This document shows positions 17,208-26,412 of a stretch of DNA of 52,865 nucleotides, in pieces (the first letter of the stretch is position 1; the number at the start of each line of letters is the position of its first letter). The DNA is from a virus (lineage: Duplodnaviria > Caudoviricetes). The notes below the pieces were generated by a model, which was given only the letters and a program-made list of their open reading frames with translations, was not told the origin of the DNA and made no database searches. A program made the position numbers and the translations under genes. The stretch lies in IMG/VR virus record IMGVR_UViG_3300043420_002024, positions 1-52,865 of that record, one strand, 5' to 3'.

Positions 17208-18521
17208 ATGAGAAACAATATAACATTCTGTATCGCTTCAGCAAAAAATGAAAAAGAATATACTAAACTATTGATTAAGTCTTTAACAGAAAACACAAAA
17301 ATAGAAGATCATGAAATATTAGTTTTTATTGATAGCGATAATCAAAATACTTATGAAGATTTGTTAGAAATAAAAAAGACTTTAACAAACCTCAAAGTAC
17401 ACAGAAACACAAAAAAATTTCCAGTTGGCGGTCAAAGAAATGTGTCGATAATGTTTAATGCTGCAGCAAATGACATAGTCTGTTATTTGCAGTCAGACAT
17501 GGTGGCTGGAAAGAATTTAGATAAATACATATTAGAATCAATAACCGAAAATTCGGTAGTGTGTTGCACAAGAATAGAGCCTCCTGTTCATCCAGATGGG
17601 CCAGAAAAGATTGTTGAAAACTTTGGCTTTGACACTAACGATTTTCAATATGGTGCTTTTCAAGATTTTGTTGCAGAACTACAATCAAAAGACAAGCCTA
17701 ATACTTTGGGTCATTTCGCACCTTTTGCTGTACACAAAAAAACATGGTTTGATAAATTGGGGGGTTTTGATACTCAATTTAGATGCTCTAGAGAAGACTC
17801 TGATACTATATTAAGAATGCGCTTAAATAATATAGATATGATACAATCTTGGAAAGCTTATGTTTATCATTTCACTTGTGTGTCTTCCAGAGGAAAAGAT
17901 TGGTTTCGTCCCCAAAAAGATAAAAATATAGAATACCAAAATCAATTACAGGTATTAGCTGATGAAGAAGAATTAAAAAGGTATGTTAGAAAATGGGGTT
18001 TTTTTGGCCACGAACCACAACCAATATACAACATTGGAATGCATATAGAAATTGATAAGTTTGTTAATTTTCAAATATTAGAATTTATAGAAGTTTATGT
18101 AAAAACACTATATTTAAATAGTCCTGAAATTACAGAAGAATTAAAGAGAAGAATTGTTTTTAATGCTGAATATTATTCTAATCTAAGATGGAATTATTCT
18201 ACAGAATATTGGAATAACGTTAAGTATTTATTTAATCAAGATGATTTTGTAGACCATATACAATATGCAAAAAATGATGAAAATCTAAAAAACGATATAA
18301 TCATATCGGCTAAATATTCTGAAATAGAAGAAAATTTTGATAAAGATTTGTCGAGTTTTATTGCAAGCCTCAACTCTTATGTTCATCAAAAACCTTTAGG
18401 TGTTTACCCAATCTTTCCGTTTAATGTCAAAATCAAAAACAAAATAGACATGTCAAACTTATACAAAAAGGTCAAAAATACTGACATTTTGTTAGATTCT
18501 GATGAGTTTGTATTTTCTTGA
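17208..18521 (+). CDS. Glycosyltransferase family 2 with a C-terminal extension
   Basis: ITFCI, LVFIDSD, YLQSDM, TRIEPP.H, GGFDTQF..SREDSD, VYHFTCVSSRG. Confidence 0.8.
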   Translation: MRNNITFCIASAKNEKEYTKLLIKSLTENTKIEDHEILVFIDSDNQNTYEDLLEIKKTLTNLKVHRNTKKFPVGGQRNVSIMFNAAANDIVCYLQSDMVAGKNLDKYILESITENSVVCCTRIEPPVHPDGPEKIVENFGFDTNDFQYGAFQDFVAELQSKDKPNTLGHFAPFAVHKKTWFDKLGGFDTQFRCSREDSDTILRMRLNNIDMIQSWKAYVYHFTCVSSRGKDWFRPQKDKNIEYQNQLQVLADEEELKRYVRKWGFFGHEPQPIYNIGMHIEIDKFVNFQILEFIEVYVKTLYLNSPEITEELKRRIVFNAEYYSNLRWNYSTEYWNNVKYLFNQDDFVDHIQYAKNDENLKNDIIISAKYSEIEENFDKDLSSFIASLNSYVHQKPLGVYPIFPFNVKIKNKIDMSNLYKKVKNTDILLDSDEFVFS

Positions 18522-18528
18522 AACAGGC

Positions 18529-18556
18529 TTGACGCATTAACTGTTTTGCGTATAAT
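18529..18556 (+). promoter_or_regulatory. Sigma70-like promoter TTGACG-N16-TATAAT
   Basis: Near-consensus -35/-10 at the start of the largest ORF-track gap, upstream of nrdJ. Confidence 0.75.
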
Positions 18557-18621
18557 AGTACATCTAGCCTAGATTATCGAACAAAAACGATATCTATATT
18601 GTGGAATTTTTGGTGGTGTAT

Positions 18622-18765
18622 ATGGTAGTAAAGGTTCTGTTTTATATATCGTTGTTGTACAATCTATATCTATCTTTTGTAGACCCAAATATGATTATTA
18701 ATCCGTATGACGCAACGATTACCCTAGGTCTACTTCATCTGATAAACAAAAAAGAAAATAAATAG
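18622..18765 (+). CDS. Putative 47-aa small hydrophobic protein upstream of nrdJ
   Basis: Not in the ORF track. Reads MVVKVLFYISLLYNLYLSFVDPNMIINPYDATITLGLLHLINKKENK*; GGTGGTG upstream; its TAG overlaps the nrdJ RBS (TAGGAG). Confidence 0.4.
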   Translation: MVVKVLFYISLLYNLYLSFVDPNMIINPYDATITLGLLHLINKKENK

Positions 18766-18773
18766 GAGAAAAT

Positions 18774-20969
18774 ATGTCCGCTCTGCAAGAACTTCAAAAT
18801 TATACATTTGTTAGTAAATATGCTCGTTGGATTGAAGCTAAGAAAAGAAGAGAAACATGGAAAGAAGCAGTTGAACGAGTAAAGGGTATGATGCTTACAA
18901 AGTATGCAGAATTTGATATCAATCAAGATATCGATTGGGCCTATGATTTAATGTACAAAAAGAAAGTTCTTGGCAGTCAGAGAGCATTGCAGTTTGGCGG
19001 AGAGCCTATTCTTAAAAGACACGCAAAAATTTATAATTGCACAAGCTCTTATTGTGATCGTCTCAGATTTTTCCAAGAATGCTTTTGGTTGCTTCTTTGT
19101 GGAAGCGGTACGGGTTTTAGTGTTCAAAAACATCATGTCTCAAAATTGCCAAAATTGCGACACGATCCACAAAAAGGTCGCGGGGTGAAACATGTTATCG
19201 AAGATAGTATTGAAGGTTGGGCAGATGCTCTTGGTGTGCTTCTTACTTCTTACTTTGATAGACCTAGTGATGACCGCTTTAAGCATTATCAAAATTGTAA
19301 TATAGTATTTGATTACTCAGAAATCAGAGAAAAAGGAGCTCCCTTAAGTTCTGGTGTTGGAAAAGCTCCAGGTTATGAGCCTCTTGCTAATGGTCTCGAA
19401 AAAATAAGAGCTTTGCTAGATAGGTGTGTTGCCAATAAGCAAGAAAAATTACGGCCAATTGATGCTTATGATATTGTTATGCATAGTAGTGATGCCGTAT
19501 TGTCAGGCGGTGTTCGCCGCTCTGCGTCATTAGCTTTATTTAGTCCGGACGACGAAGAAATGGCTAAGGCTAAAACAGGTAATTGGTTTGTCGATAATCC
19601 ACAAAGAGCACGAAGTAACAACTCGGCACTTCTTCTCAAAAACGAGACTACTTATGAGCAATTTGCTGCGCTCATGGAGAGCGTAAAAGAGTTTGGAGAG
19701 CCTGGATTTATCTGGAGCGAATCAAAAGATATGATCTTTAATCCATGCGTAGAAATTGGCATGTGGCCTGTTGATGAAGACACAGGGGAATCTGGATGGC
19801 AAGGATGTAATCTTTCTACCATTAATTGTTCTTCCCTAGCAGACGAAGAAGATTTTTATGAAAGATGTCGTGCCGCAGCCATTATCGGTACTCTTCAAGC
19901 TGGATTTACAAATCTAGATTATCTTGGAGATATAAGCAAAAAGATTTTTGACAGAGAAGCTCTTTTGGGGGTTTCTTTAACGGGTATCATGGAGAAGCCC
20001 GACCTAGTTTTAAGCGACAAAGTTTTAAAGAAGGGTGCGGAAATCGCCGTAAAAACTAATAAAGAATTTGCCGATAAAATCCGAATTAATCAAGCAGCAA
20101 GAGTAACATGTCTAAAGCCTGAAGGAACATCGAGTTCTATGCTTGGTACTAGTTCGGGTATTCATCCACATCATGCTAAAAGATATATTCGTCATGTGCA
20201 AGCAAATGTTCTAGAAGCACCTTATGGATATTTTAAAAGCTATAATCCGCAAGCTTGTGAAAAAAGCTCTTGGTCCGCAAATGATACTGACGAAGTAATT
20301 AAATTTCCAATAGAAGTGCCAGACGGATCAAAATTAAAAAATCAACTACCGGCGGTTGACATGCTTAATGTGGTTAAAAATACACAAGTGCATTGGGTAA
20401 ATTCTGGCAAAAACAAAAATCTATGTACGCAACAATATTTAAGCCATAATGTTAGCAATACTGTTACAGTAAAACCTGACGAATGGGAGGAAGTAACCAA
20501 ATTCATCTATAAAAATCGTCAATACTATGCTGGAATTAGCCTTATTCCACAGAGCGGAGATAAAGATTATCCACAAGCTCCTTTTACAACTGTCTATACA
20601 AGCAGAGAAATAGTAAAAGAATACGGAGACGCTTCTCTGTGGTGCTCCGGATTAATTGAGTTGGCTTTACAAAATTTTGACAAAAACTTATGGGCGGCTT
20701 GTGATTATGTAACATTAAACCAGTCCAAAGACAGTGATCCCGAATCAAAGCTTTATTTCATGACTAAAATGAAAAATTTTGCCGGTAAATATTTTGAAGG
20801 AGATATCAAAAGATTAACCTATTGTATGAAAGATGTTTATAACTGGAAAATATATTGCGATCTACAAGATAGTTTCAATAAAGTTGATTATACACAACTA
20901 TCAGAATCAGAGGACAATACTACTGGCATAGAGGAAATTAGTTGTGCTGGCGGCGCTTGTCTAATTTAG
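18774..20969 (+). CDS. nrdJ: Adenosylcobalamin-dependent class II ribonucleotide reductase (monomeric RTPR type)
   Basis: KYAR...RRETW.E, YNC, GSGTGFS, GGVRRSA, RARSNNS, GEPG, NPCVEI, CNL, TCLKPEGT, C-terminal CAGGAC; no beta-subunit gene nearby. Confidence 0.92.
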   Translation: MSALQELQNYTFVSKYARWIEAKKRRETWKEAVERVKGMMLTKYAEFDINQDIDWAYDLMYKKKVLGSQRALQFGGEPILKRHAKIYNCTSSYCDRLRFFQECFWLLLCGSGTGFSVQKHHVSKLPKLRHDPQKGRGVKHVIEDSIEGWADALGVLLTSYFDRPSDDRFKHYQNCNIVFDYSEIREKGAPLSSGVGKAPGYEPLANGLEKIRALLDRCVANKQEKLRPIDAYDIVMHSSDAVLSGGVRRSASLALFSPDDEEMAKAKTGNWFVDNPQRARSNNSALLLKNETTYEQFAALMESVKEFGEPGFIWSESKDMIFNPCVEIGMWPVDEDTGESGWQGCNLSTINCSSLADEEDFYERCRAAAIIGTLQAGFTNLDYLGDISKKIFDREALLGVSLTGIMEKPDLVLSDKVLKKGAEIAVKTNKEFADKIRINQAARVTCLKPEGTSSSMLGTSSGIHPHHAKRYIRHVQANVLEAPYGYFKSYNPQACEKSSWSANDTDEVIKFPIEVPDGSKLKNQLPAVDMLNVVKNTQVHWVNSGKNKNLCTQQYLSHNVSNTVTVKPDEWEEVTKFIYKNRQYYAGISLIPQSGDKDYPQAPFTTVYTSREIVKEYGDASLWCSGLIELALQNFDKNLWAACDYVTLNQSKDSDPESKLYFMTKMKNFAGKYFEGDIKRLTYCMKDVYNWKIYCDLQDSFNKVDYTQLSESEDNTTGIEEISCAGGACLI

Positions 20970-20993
20970 TATTTTATATCATGAGGTACTCCT

Positions 20994-21722
20994 TTGAGAA
21001 AAAAAAGAATAATCAAAAGTCAAAAATCAAAATTTATAGATATCACAAAAGAAATTTTACCGAAAGTTTATGATGTACAAATTAAAAATAGATTAAAGCC
21101 AAGAACAGAAAACCAGAAAACATTTATTCGTTCTATCGTTGAAAACGATGTTATTTTTTGTCAAGGTCTAGCGGGTTCCGGTAAAACCCATATAGCTATA
21201 GGCATGGCTTTAGAATGGTTATTGGAAGAAAAAATAGATAAAATCATCATTACAAGACCAGTTGTTGAAGCGGGAGAAAAACTTGGTTTTTTACCAGGAA
21301 CAGCAGAAGAAAAATTGCATCCATATTTATTGCCGATATTAGATGAAATTAATCATTTTATTAGTATTCCTGATTATGTTAAGCTAAAAAATGAAAATAA
21401 AATAGAAGTGGTTCCTTTAGGCTTAATGAGAGGCAGAAATTTTCATAATGCCTTTATTGTTGCTGACGAATGTCAAAACGCTAGTTATGATCAATTGAAA
21501 ATGCTTATTACTAGAATTGGAAACGGTAGTAAGATGGTTTTGACAGGGGATGTGGGCCAATCAGATTTGCCTAGACATTTACGAGACGGTTTTGTAAATT
21601 TGATAGATCTGCTACAGGATGTAGAAGGTGTAGGAATTTCGTTTTTAGAATCTTGCGATATAATAAGAAACCCTATTATAAGTAGAATTCTAGAAAAACT
21701 TGAAATATATGAAAAACTATAA
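20994..21722 (+). CDS. phoH: PhoH-family ATPase
   Basis: GLAGSGKT, TRPVVEAGEKLGFLPG, MRGRNF, DECQN, TGDVGQSD; TTG start with GAGG RBS. Confidence 0.95.
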   Translation: MRKKRIIKSQKSKFIDITKEILPKVYDVQIKNRLKPRTENQKTFIRSIVENDVIFCQGLAGSGKTHIAIGMALEWLLEEKIDKIIITRPVVEAGEKLGFLPGTAEEKLHPYLLPILDEINHFISIPDYVKLKNENKIEVVPLGLMRGRNFHNAFIVADECQNASYDQLKMLITRIGNGSKMVLTGDVGQSDLPRHLRDGFVNLIDLLQDVEGVGISFLESCDIIRNPIISRILEKLEIYEKL

Positions 21723-22287
21723 CCGCAAATGTTTACTATTAAATTCTGATTATTCTCCAATTTCTATAATAGATTGGAAAAAAGCTATTATATGGCATAT
21801 TAAAAGCAAGTTAAATAATTCTTATGGTATAGAAATCATAGATTTCTATGATAACGATTATATTATTTGTCCAAACCAAAAAATGAAAATACCGTCAATA
21901 GCTAAAATAAAAAAATATGTTAAATCATGTCCAGAATCTGTTATTTTCTCTAGAAAAAATGTCTTTTTAAGAGACGATTATACTTGTCAATACTGTGGTC
22001 AAAAAAAAATCATTTCTGAACTTACTTATGATCATGTTATACCAAAATCAAAATGGATTAGAAATAAGTCAGACTCTAATCCTACATCATGGACCAATAT
22101 AGCAACAGCATGTAAGCAATGCAATAGAAGAAAAAGAAATAGAACGCCGGAAGAAGCTAAAATGCCTTTGATCAATCTTCCTTACAAACCAAACAAAAGT
22201 AAAAAATACTTGCCGATACACTGGCATCTATCTAAAATAGATATGACAATACCAGATCAATGGAAAATTTATTTAACAGGAAGGTAA
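21709..22287 (+). CDS. HNH endonuclease (McrA-like)
   Basis: LLLNSDYSP, SRKNVFLRDDYTCQYCG, TYDHVIPKS, WTNIATACKQCNRRK. Confidence 0.9.
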   Translation: MKNYNRKCLLLNSDYSPISIIDWKKAIIWHIKSKLNNSYGIEIIDFYDNDYIICPNQKMKIPSIAKIKKYVKSCPESVIFSRKNVFLRDDYTCQYCGQKKIISELTYDHVIPKSKWIRNKSDSNPTSWTNIATACKQCNRRKRNRTPEEAKMPLINLPYKPNKSKKYLPIHWHLSKIDMTIPDQWKIYLTGR

Positions 22288-22288
22288 A

Positions 22289-22627
22289 ATGGAACAAAAC
22301 TTGGCGATAAATAAACTGAATGATATTGCATTAAATGTTTTAAGTCGTGCCGAATATTCCATATTCTTAGACATTATGCAAAAAATACGAGACAGAGCAA
22401 TGGAAAAGATCTCTATCTCAGAAGAGGAAGAAGAAATAAACAAAATTAGATATTCTCACGATATAGAATTATGTCTAAAATATTCAATTTTTAGGAATAA
22501 TACTAAAGGAGAAAGAGTCGAGTTAAAAAAAACTAATAAACACAATTTCTTAGTTAAATGTCCACTACAAAAAGATCCGACAGTTATAATTGATAATATT
22601 GTAGGAGTATTGTCAGGGGAACAATGA
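22289..22627 (+). CDS. Hypothetical protein
   Basis: 112-aa ORF tightly packed between neighbours. Confidence 0.65.
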   Translation: MEQNLAINKLNDIALNVLSRAEYSIFLDIMQKIRDRAMEKISISEEEEEINKIRYSHDIELCLKYSIFRNNTKGERVELKKTNKHNFLVKCPLQKDPTVIIDNIVGVLSGEQ

Positions 22628-23037
22628 AATTCATATCAAGATATTCCAACAACAAAGAAGTAACTCCTGCTCAATACATTACGGAGTTAATTTGTGAAAA
22701 AAAGGCTAAATTAGATAATGAAGACCTACATTATAAATTTTGGACCACAAAAAAATGGTCTAAGTTTTACAGAGATCAAATAGCCACAGCTAATAAGCTG
22801 GTTAAAAATTATGATCCGGTAGTAATTGTCAAAGCTTTAAACCACAAAAAAGCCAAAACGCTTTATTCTTTAAGGGCCCCTTTTTTAAAAGACATTTTAA
22901 AAGAAGAACAAATGAAATTTGACACTCAAAATAAAACCCTCACAAAAAAACTAGAAAGAAATAAAGAAGTTACTTTTTCAAAAACAAAAGTTAAAAAAAA
23001 TATCATATCAAAACTTAAGGAACTAGATAATGAGTAG
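22624..23037 (+). CDS. Hypothetical basic phage protein
   Basis: 137 aa, Lys-rich; overlaps the upstream gene and the recombinase gene. Confidence 0.7.
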   Translation: MKFISRYSNNKEVTPAQYITELICEKKAKLDNEDLHYKFWTTKKWSKFYRDQIATANKLVKNYDPVVIVKALNHKKAKTLYSLRAPFLKDILKEEQMKFDTQNKTLTKKLERNKEVTFSKTKVKKNIISKLKELDNE

Positions 23038-24055
23038 CATAACCAAGGATATTACAAAAACATTTGGTGAGAATATTATTCTAACAGGGAATTCTATAAT
23101 TGATACTAAGAATGTCATTATTCCTGTTAGCCCTGTGTTAGATATACTTCTAAACGGAGGAATCCCCGAAGGATCATTTGTGGTTTTAACTGGTCAGCCC
23201 AAATGTGGCAAAACGACAACCTCGTTAGACTTTGCTGCCACAGCACAAAATTTGAAATATGCTTATGGCCCATTCAAAGATGGAAGAGAAGTGTATTATC
23301 TAAACATTGAAGGTAGATTAAAAAAAAGAGACTTACAAGGTATACCACACCTTAATCCAGAAAAATTTCATGTTATTGGATCTCAACAGGGTAAAATTCT
23401 ACACGCAGAAGAATATCTCCAAATCGCAGAAAAATTAATCAACGAAGTTCCTGGATCAGTAGTTATTATAGATAGCTATTCGGCTTTATGTACAGAAGCA
23501 GAAATTACTAGCGATATGAGCAAAATGCAACGTGCTGACGGAGCAAAACTATTAGCAAAATTTTGTAGAAAGGTAGCCAATGTTATTCCTGTTAATAAAA
23601 ATATTGTTATTGGTATTACTCATTTGATGGGCAATCCCACTGGATACGGAGCAGAATTTAAAGAGAAATCTGGTCAAGCAATTGCATACCAAACTGATAT
23701 CAAATTAAGAGCAAAAAAATTTGGTTCTTGGACAGTCGGAAATGATACTGCCCCAATTGGTCAAGAAGTTGATTGGCAGGTCGTATGCTCTGCTTTAGGC
23801 GCTCCGGGAGCAAGTATGACTAGCTATATTAGATATGGTCAGGGTATTGATAAGCATACAGAAATAGTTCAGTTGGCTTCAGATATAGGAATAGTTAACA
23901 AAGCTGGAGCATGGTTTACTTTAACTCATTTGGAAGACACGCCTAAGTTTCAAGGAGCAGAAAAGCTAAGACAATATCTGGTGGAGAATCCTGAGGTCTA
24001 TAATAGCTTGGTTTCTAAAGTTAAAGAAATGATGGGTATAAATAATGCAGACTAG
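23030..24055 (+). CDS. recA: RecA/UvsX-like recombinase
   Basis: LD..LNGGIPEG, Walker A GQPKCGKTT, Walker B VVIIDS, IRYGQGID, GIV.KAGAWF, FQGAE. Confidence 0.88.
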   Translation: MSSITKDITKTFGENIILTGNSIIDTKNVIIPVSPVLDILLNGGIPEGSFVVLTGQPKCGKTTTSLDFAATAQNLKYAYGPFKDGREVYYLNIEGRLKKRDLQGIPHLNPEKFHVIGSQQGKILHAEEYLQIAEKLINEVPGSVVIIDSYSALCTEAEITSDMSKMQRADGAKLLAKFCRKVANVIPVNKNIVIGITHLMGNPTGYGAEFKEKSGQAIAYQTDIKLRAKKFGSWTVGNDTAPIGQEVDWQVVCSALGAPGASMTSYIRYGQGIDKHTEIVQLASDIGIVNKAGAWFTLTHLEDTPKFQGAEKLRQYLVENPEVYNSLVSKVKEMMGINNAD

Positions 24056-24446
24056 GGATTTAGATGGAAATTCTAGCCTTTGGTCCTTGACAGGACACAT
24101 GGCTTATGGTATAAATAAGTCAGAGCTTCACATCAGAGCAAGGAAGCTTTTGAACTCAGAATATCCAACGCTTCAAGTATTAGAAGAAGTTCCTATTAAT
24201 CCAAGAAAAGGTTTTACATTATATATGGATTTTTATCTTCCTCTAAAAAAAATGTGCGTAGAAGTTCATGGTGAACAGCATTACAAATTTGTGTCGTTTT
24301 ATCACGGAAATATGGTTAATTTTGTCAAAGCTCAAAAAAGAGATAAAGACAAAAAAGAATGGTGTGAAATAAACGGAATAAAATACATAGCTTTACCCTT
24401 TGATAAAACCGATAAAGAATGGCTTGAGATATTAAATAATGAGTAG
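24045..24446 (+). CDS. PD-(D/E)XK nuclease of the DUF559/Vsr type
   Basis: LYMDFYLP...CVEVHGEQHY...RD..KKEWCE.NGI. Confidence 0.75.
   Translation: MQTRDLDGNSSLWSLTGHMAYGINKSELHIRARKLLNSEYPTLQVLEEVPINPRKGFTLYMDFYLPLKKMCVEVHGEQHYKFVSFYHGNMVNFVKAQKRDKDKKEWCEINGIKYIALPFDKTDKEWLEILNNE
24087..24115 (+). promoter_or_regulatory. Possible internal promoter TTGACA-N17-TATAAA with a TG extension
   Basis: CTTGACA...TGGTATAAAT lies within the 5' end of the nuclease gene, upstream of the helicase/primase genes. Confidence 0.3.
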
Positions 24447-24936
24447 AACATCAAAAGAAGAAATAGCTTATTGGGATAATTTTTTAGACCAATATGAAAA
24501 TAGTATAGGTTTGCCTATATATCAACAAAATTCATTGCCAGAAGAAGAACTTCAAGACTATTTTACAATGGGTAGAGATAGTTTAGAAAAACTAACCCCA
24601 GAAGACTGCGCTCAAATAGCTTATAGACTAGCTCAATATGCATTTCATGTCCAAAGAACTTTGAATAGAGAAATAGCTAGACATAATTGGGCAGAGGAAA
24701 CCATTAAAGATGTTATCTCAAACGAAATCAATAACTATAAAGGCTATGGTTATGTAGAAAAAAGCTTACAAGCAATTAACAATAACGCAAAAGCAGCGGC
24801 ATTAAACTCTATAAAAAAACACGCCAAACAGAGAATGGATAGGTTAAGTTATTTGGCTAATAATATTAAAAACCTTTCAGATATTTTAATGATGGTCAAC
24901 AAATCAAAAGCAAATATTAAATCATACGGAAACTAA
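24439..24936 (+). CDS. Hypothetical helical/coiled-coil protein (positionally UvsY-like)
   Basis: 165 aa with all-helical character, between recA and dnaB; function inferred only from position. Confidence 0.6.
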   Translation: MSRTSKEEIAYWDNFLDQYENSIGLPIYQQNSLPEEELQDYFTMGRDSLEKLTPEDCAQIAYRLAQYAFHVQRTLNREIARHNWAEETIKDVISNEINNYKGYGYVEKSLQAINNNAKAAALNSIKKHAKQRMDRLSYLANNIKNLSDILMMVNKSKANIKSYGN

Positions 24937-24948
24937 AAAGGAAACAGA

Positions 24949-26412
24949 ATGCACCTAAGAGACATTGCTGCAGAACGAGCGGTTTTATCCGGTATATGTT
25001 CCTATGGAGAGGAAGCATATTTAGATGTATCGGATTTAATTAAAGAAACCTCATTTACGGTAGATAGCAATACGATACTATATAAATGCATTAAGCATAT
25101 TTATGAAAAGAATCAAAACCTATCTATAGATATCGCCACCATATATTCTGCTGCAAGCGAACTTGGTTTATCTGAAAATTTGTCTTCTAAAGAAGAGGCT
25201 CAACATTTAAAAGCTATTTTAGATTTTCCTGTAAGCCAGCAAAATATTAGAAAGTTTGCTGTAAAGATTAAGAAACTAGAGATAGCAAGAGCCTTACATA
25301 AAGAATTACAAATCACTCAACAAAAAATAGAAGAAATCAATGGATCTGAATCTATCGGATCTATTATAGGTATCGCTGAGGAAAGTGTGCTTAATTTCAC
25401 AAACACACTAATAGATACCGACAACAATCCTGTTTTATTGTCAAATAATATTGATGACTATATAAACAATCTTATTGAAAATCCGATTGACCAAGTTGGC
25501 ATACCTACTGGATTTCCTATTTACGACCAATCTATAGGAGGCGGACTAAGAAGAGGAACAGTAAATGTAATTGCCGCTAGGCCAAAAACCGGCAAAACAT
25601 TACTAGTAGACAATATGGGATATTATATTGCTCAACAAGGTATTCCGGTTTTAAACATGGATACAGAAATGTCTCAAGAAGACCATGTTAATAGAATTAT
25701 AGCTATGTCTACAGAAGTAGATATTAAAGACATAGAAACCGGAAAATTTGTTTTATCAGAAAACAAAAAACATAAAATCACAGAAAGTGTCAAAAATATT
25801 AAGAAGTCTCCAATTTTTTACAAATCTATTGCCGGAAAACCTTTTGATGAACAGTTATCTATAATGCGTAGATGGTTAATAAAACATGTTGGACTTAATG
25901 ATGACGGAACAGCAAAAAATTGTGTAGTGTTTTATGATTACTTAAAACTAATGGACACTCAAGGTATGTCTCAAGACCTAAAAGAATATCAACTTCTTGG
26001 TTTTATGATGACACAACTTCACAATTTTGCTGTGAAATTTCAAATTCCTATTGTTGCATTTGTGCAATTGAATAGAGATGGTATAACAAAAGAAAGCACA
26101 GACACCGCAAGTGGTTCGGACAGAATCATATGGCTCTGTAGTAACTTTACCATATTCAAAAGAAAGTCTGATGAAGAAATAGCAGAAGATGGTCCTGCGA
26201 GCGGAAATAGAAAACTTGTACCAATCATTAGTCGTCATGGAGGAGGATTAGACGATAACGACTATATTAATTGTCACATGAAAGGTTGGTGTGCTAAGAT
26301 ATCAGAAGGACAAACTAAACTAGAAATTTCTAATGGTGGTGGTGCTAAAAGTAAAGGTTTTGTAGTAAATGAAAACGATGTTGAAGAACAAGAAGAAATT
26401 CCGTTCGTATAA
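24949..26412 (+). CDS. dnaB: Replicative DNA helicase (DnaB family)
   Basis: AERAVLS, GIPTGF, ARPKTGKT, DTEMS, DYLKLM, VQLNR. Confidence 0.93.
   Translation: MHLRDIAAERAVLSGICSYGEEAYLDVSDLIKETSFTVDSNTILYKCIKHIYEKNQNLSIDIATIYSAASELGLSENLSSKEEAQHLKAILDFPVSQQNIRKFAVKIKKLEIARALHKELQITQQKIEEINGSESIGSIIGIAEESVLNFTNTLIDTDNNPVLLSNNIDDYINNLIENPIDQVGIPTGFPIYDQSIGGGLRRGTVNVIAARPKTGKTLLVDNMGYYIAQQGIPVLNMDTEMSQEDHVNRIIAMSTEVDIKDIETGKFVLSENKKHKITESVKNIKKSPIFYKSIAGKPFDEQLSIMRRWLIKHVGLNDDGTAKNCVVFYDYLKLMDTQGMSQDLKEYQLLGFMMTQLHNFAVKFQIPIVAFVQLNRDGITKESTDTASGSDRIIWLCSNFTIFKRKSDEEIAEDGPASGNRKLVPIISRHGGGLDDNDYINCHMKGWCAKISEGQTKLEISNGGGAKSKGFVVNENDVEEQEEIPFV

Noticed and set aside
6792-18521. Bacterial chromosomal O-antigen/capsule locus (window is cellular or chimeric)
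   Set aside because: No wzx/wzy/wzm/wzt or initiating transferase, and the cluster is seamlessly packed among phage-type genes of similar composition.
18557-18773. Cobalamin riboswitch or NrdR boxes upstream of nrdJ
   Set aside because: No recognisable B12-box or conserved GGGAA core. ATCTATATTGTG near 18592 is only a partial, single NrdR-like match in AT-rich DNA.
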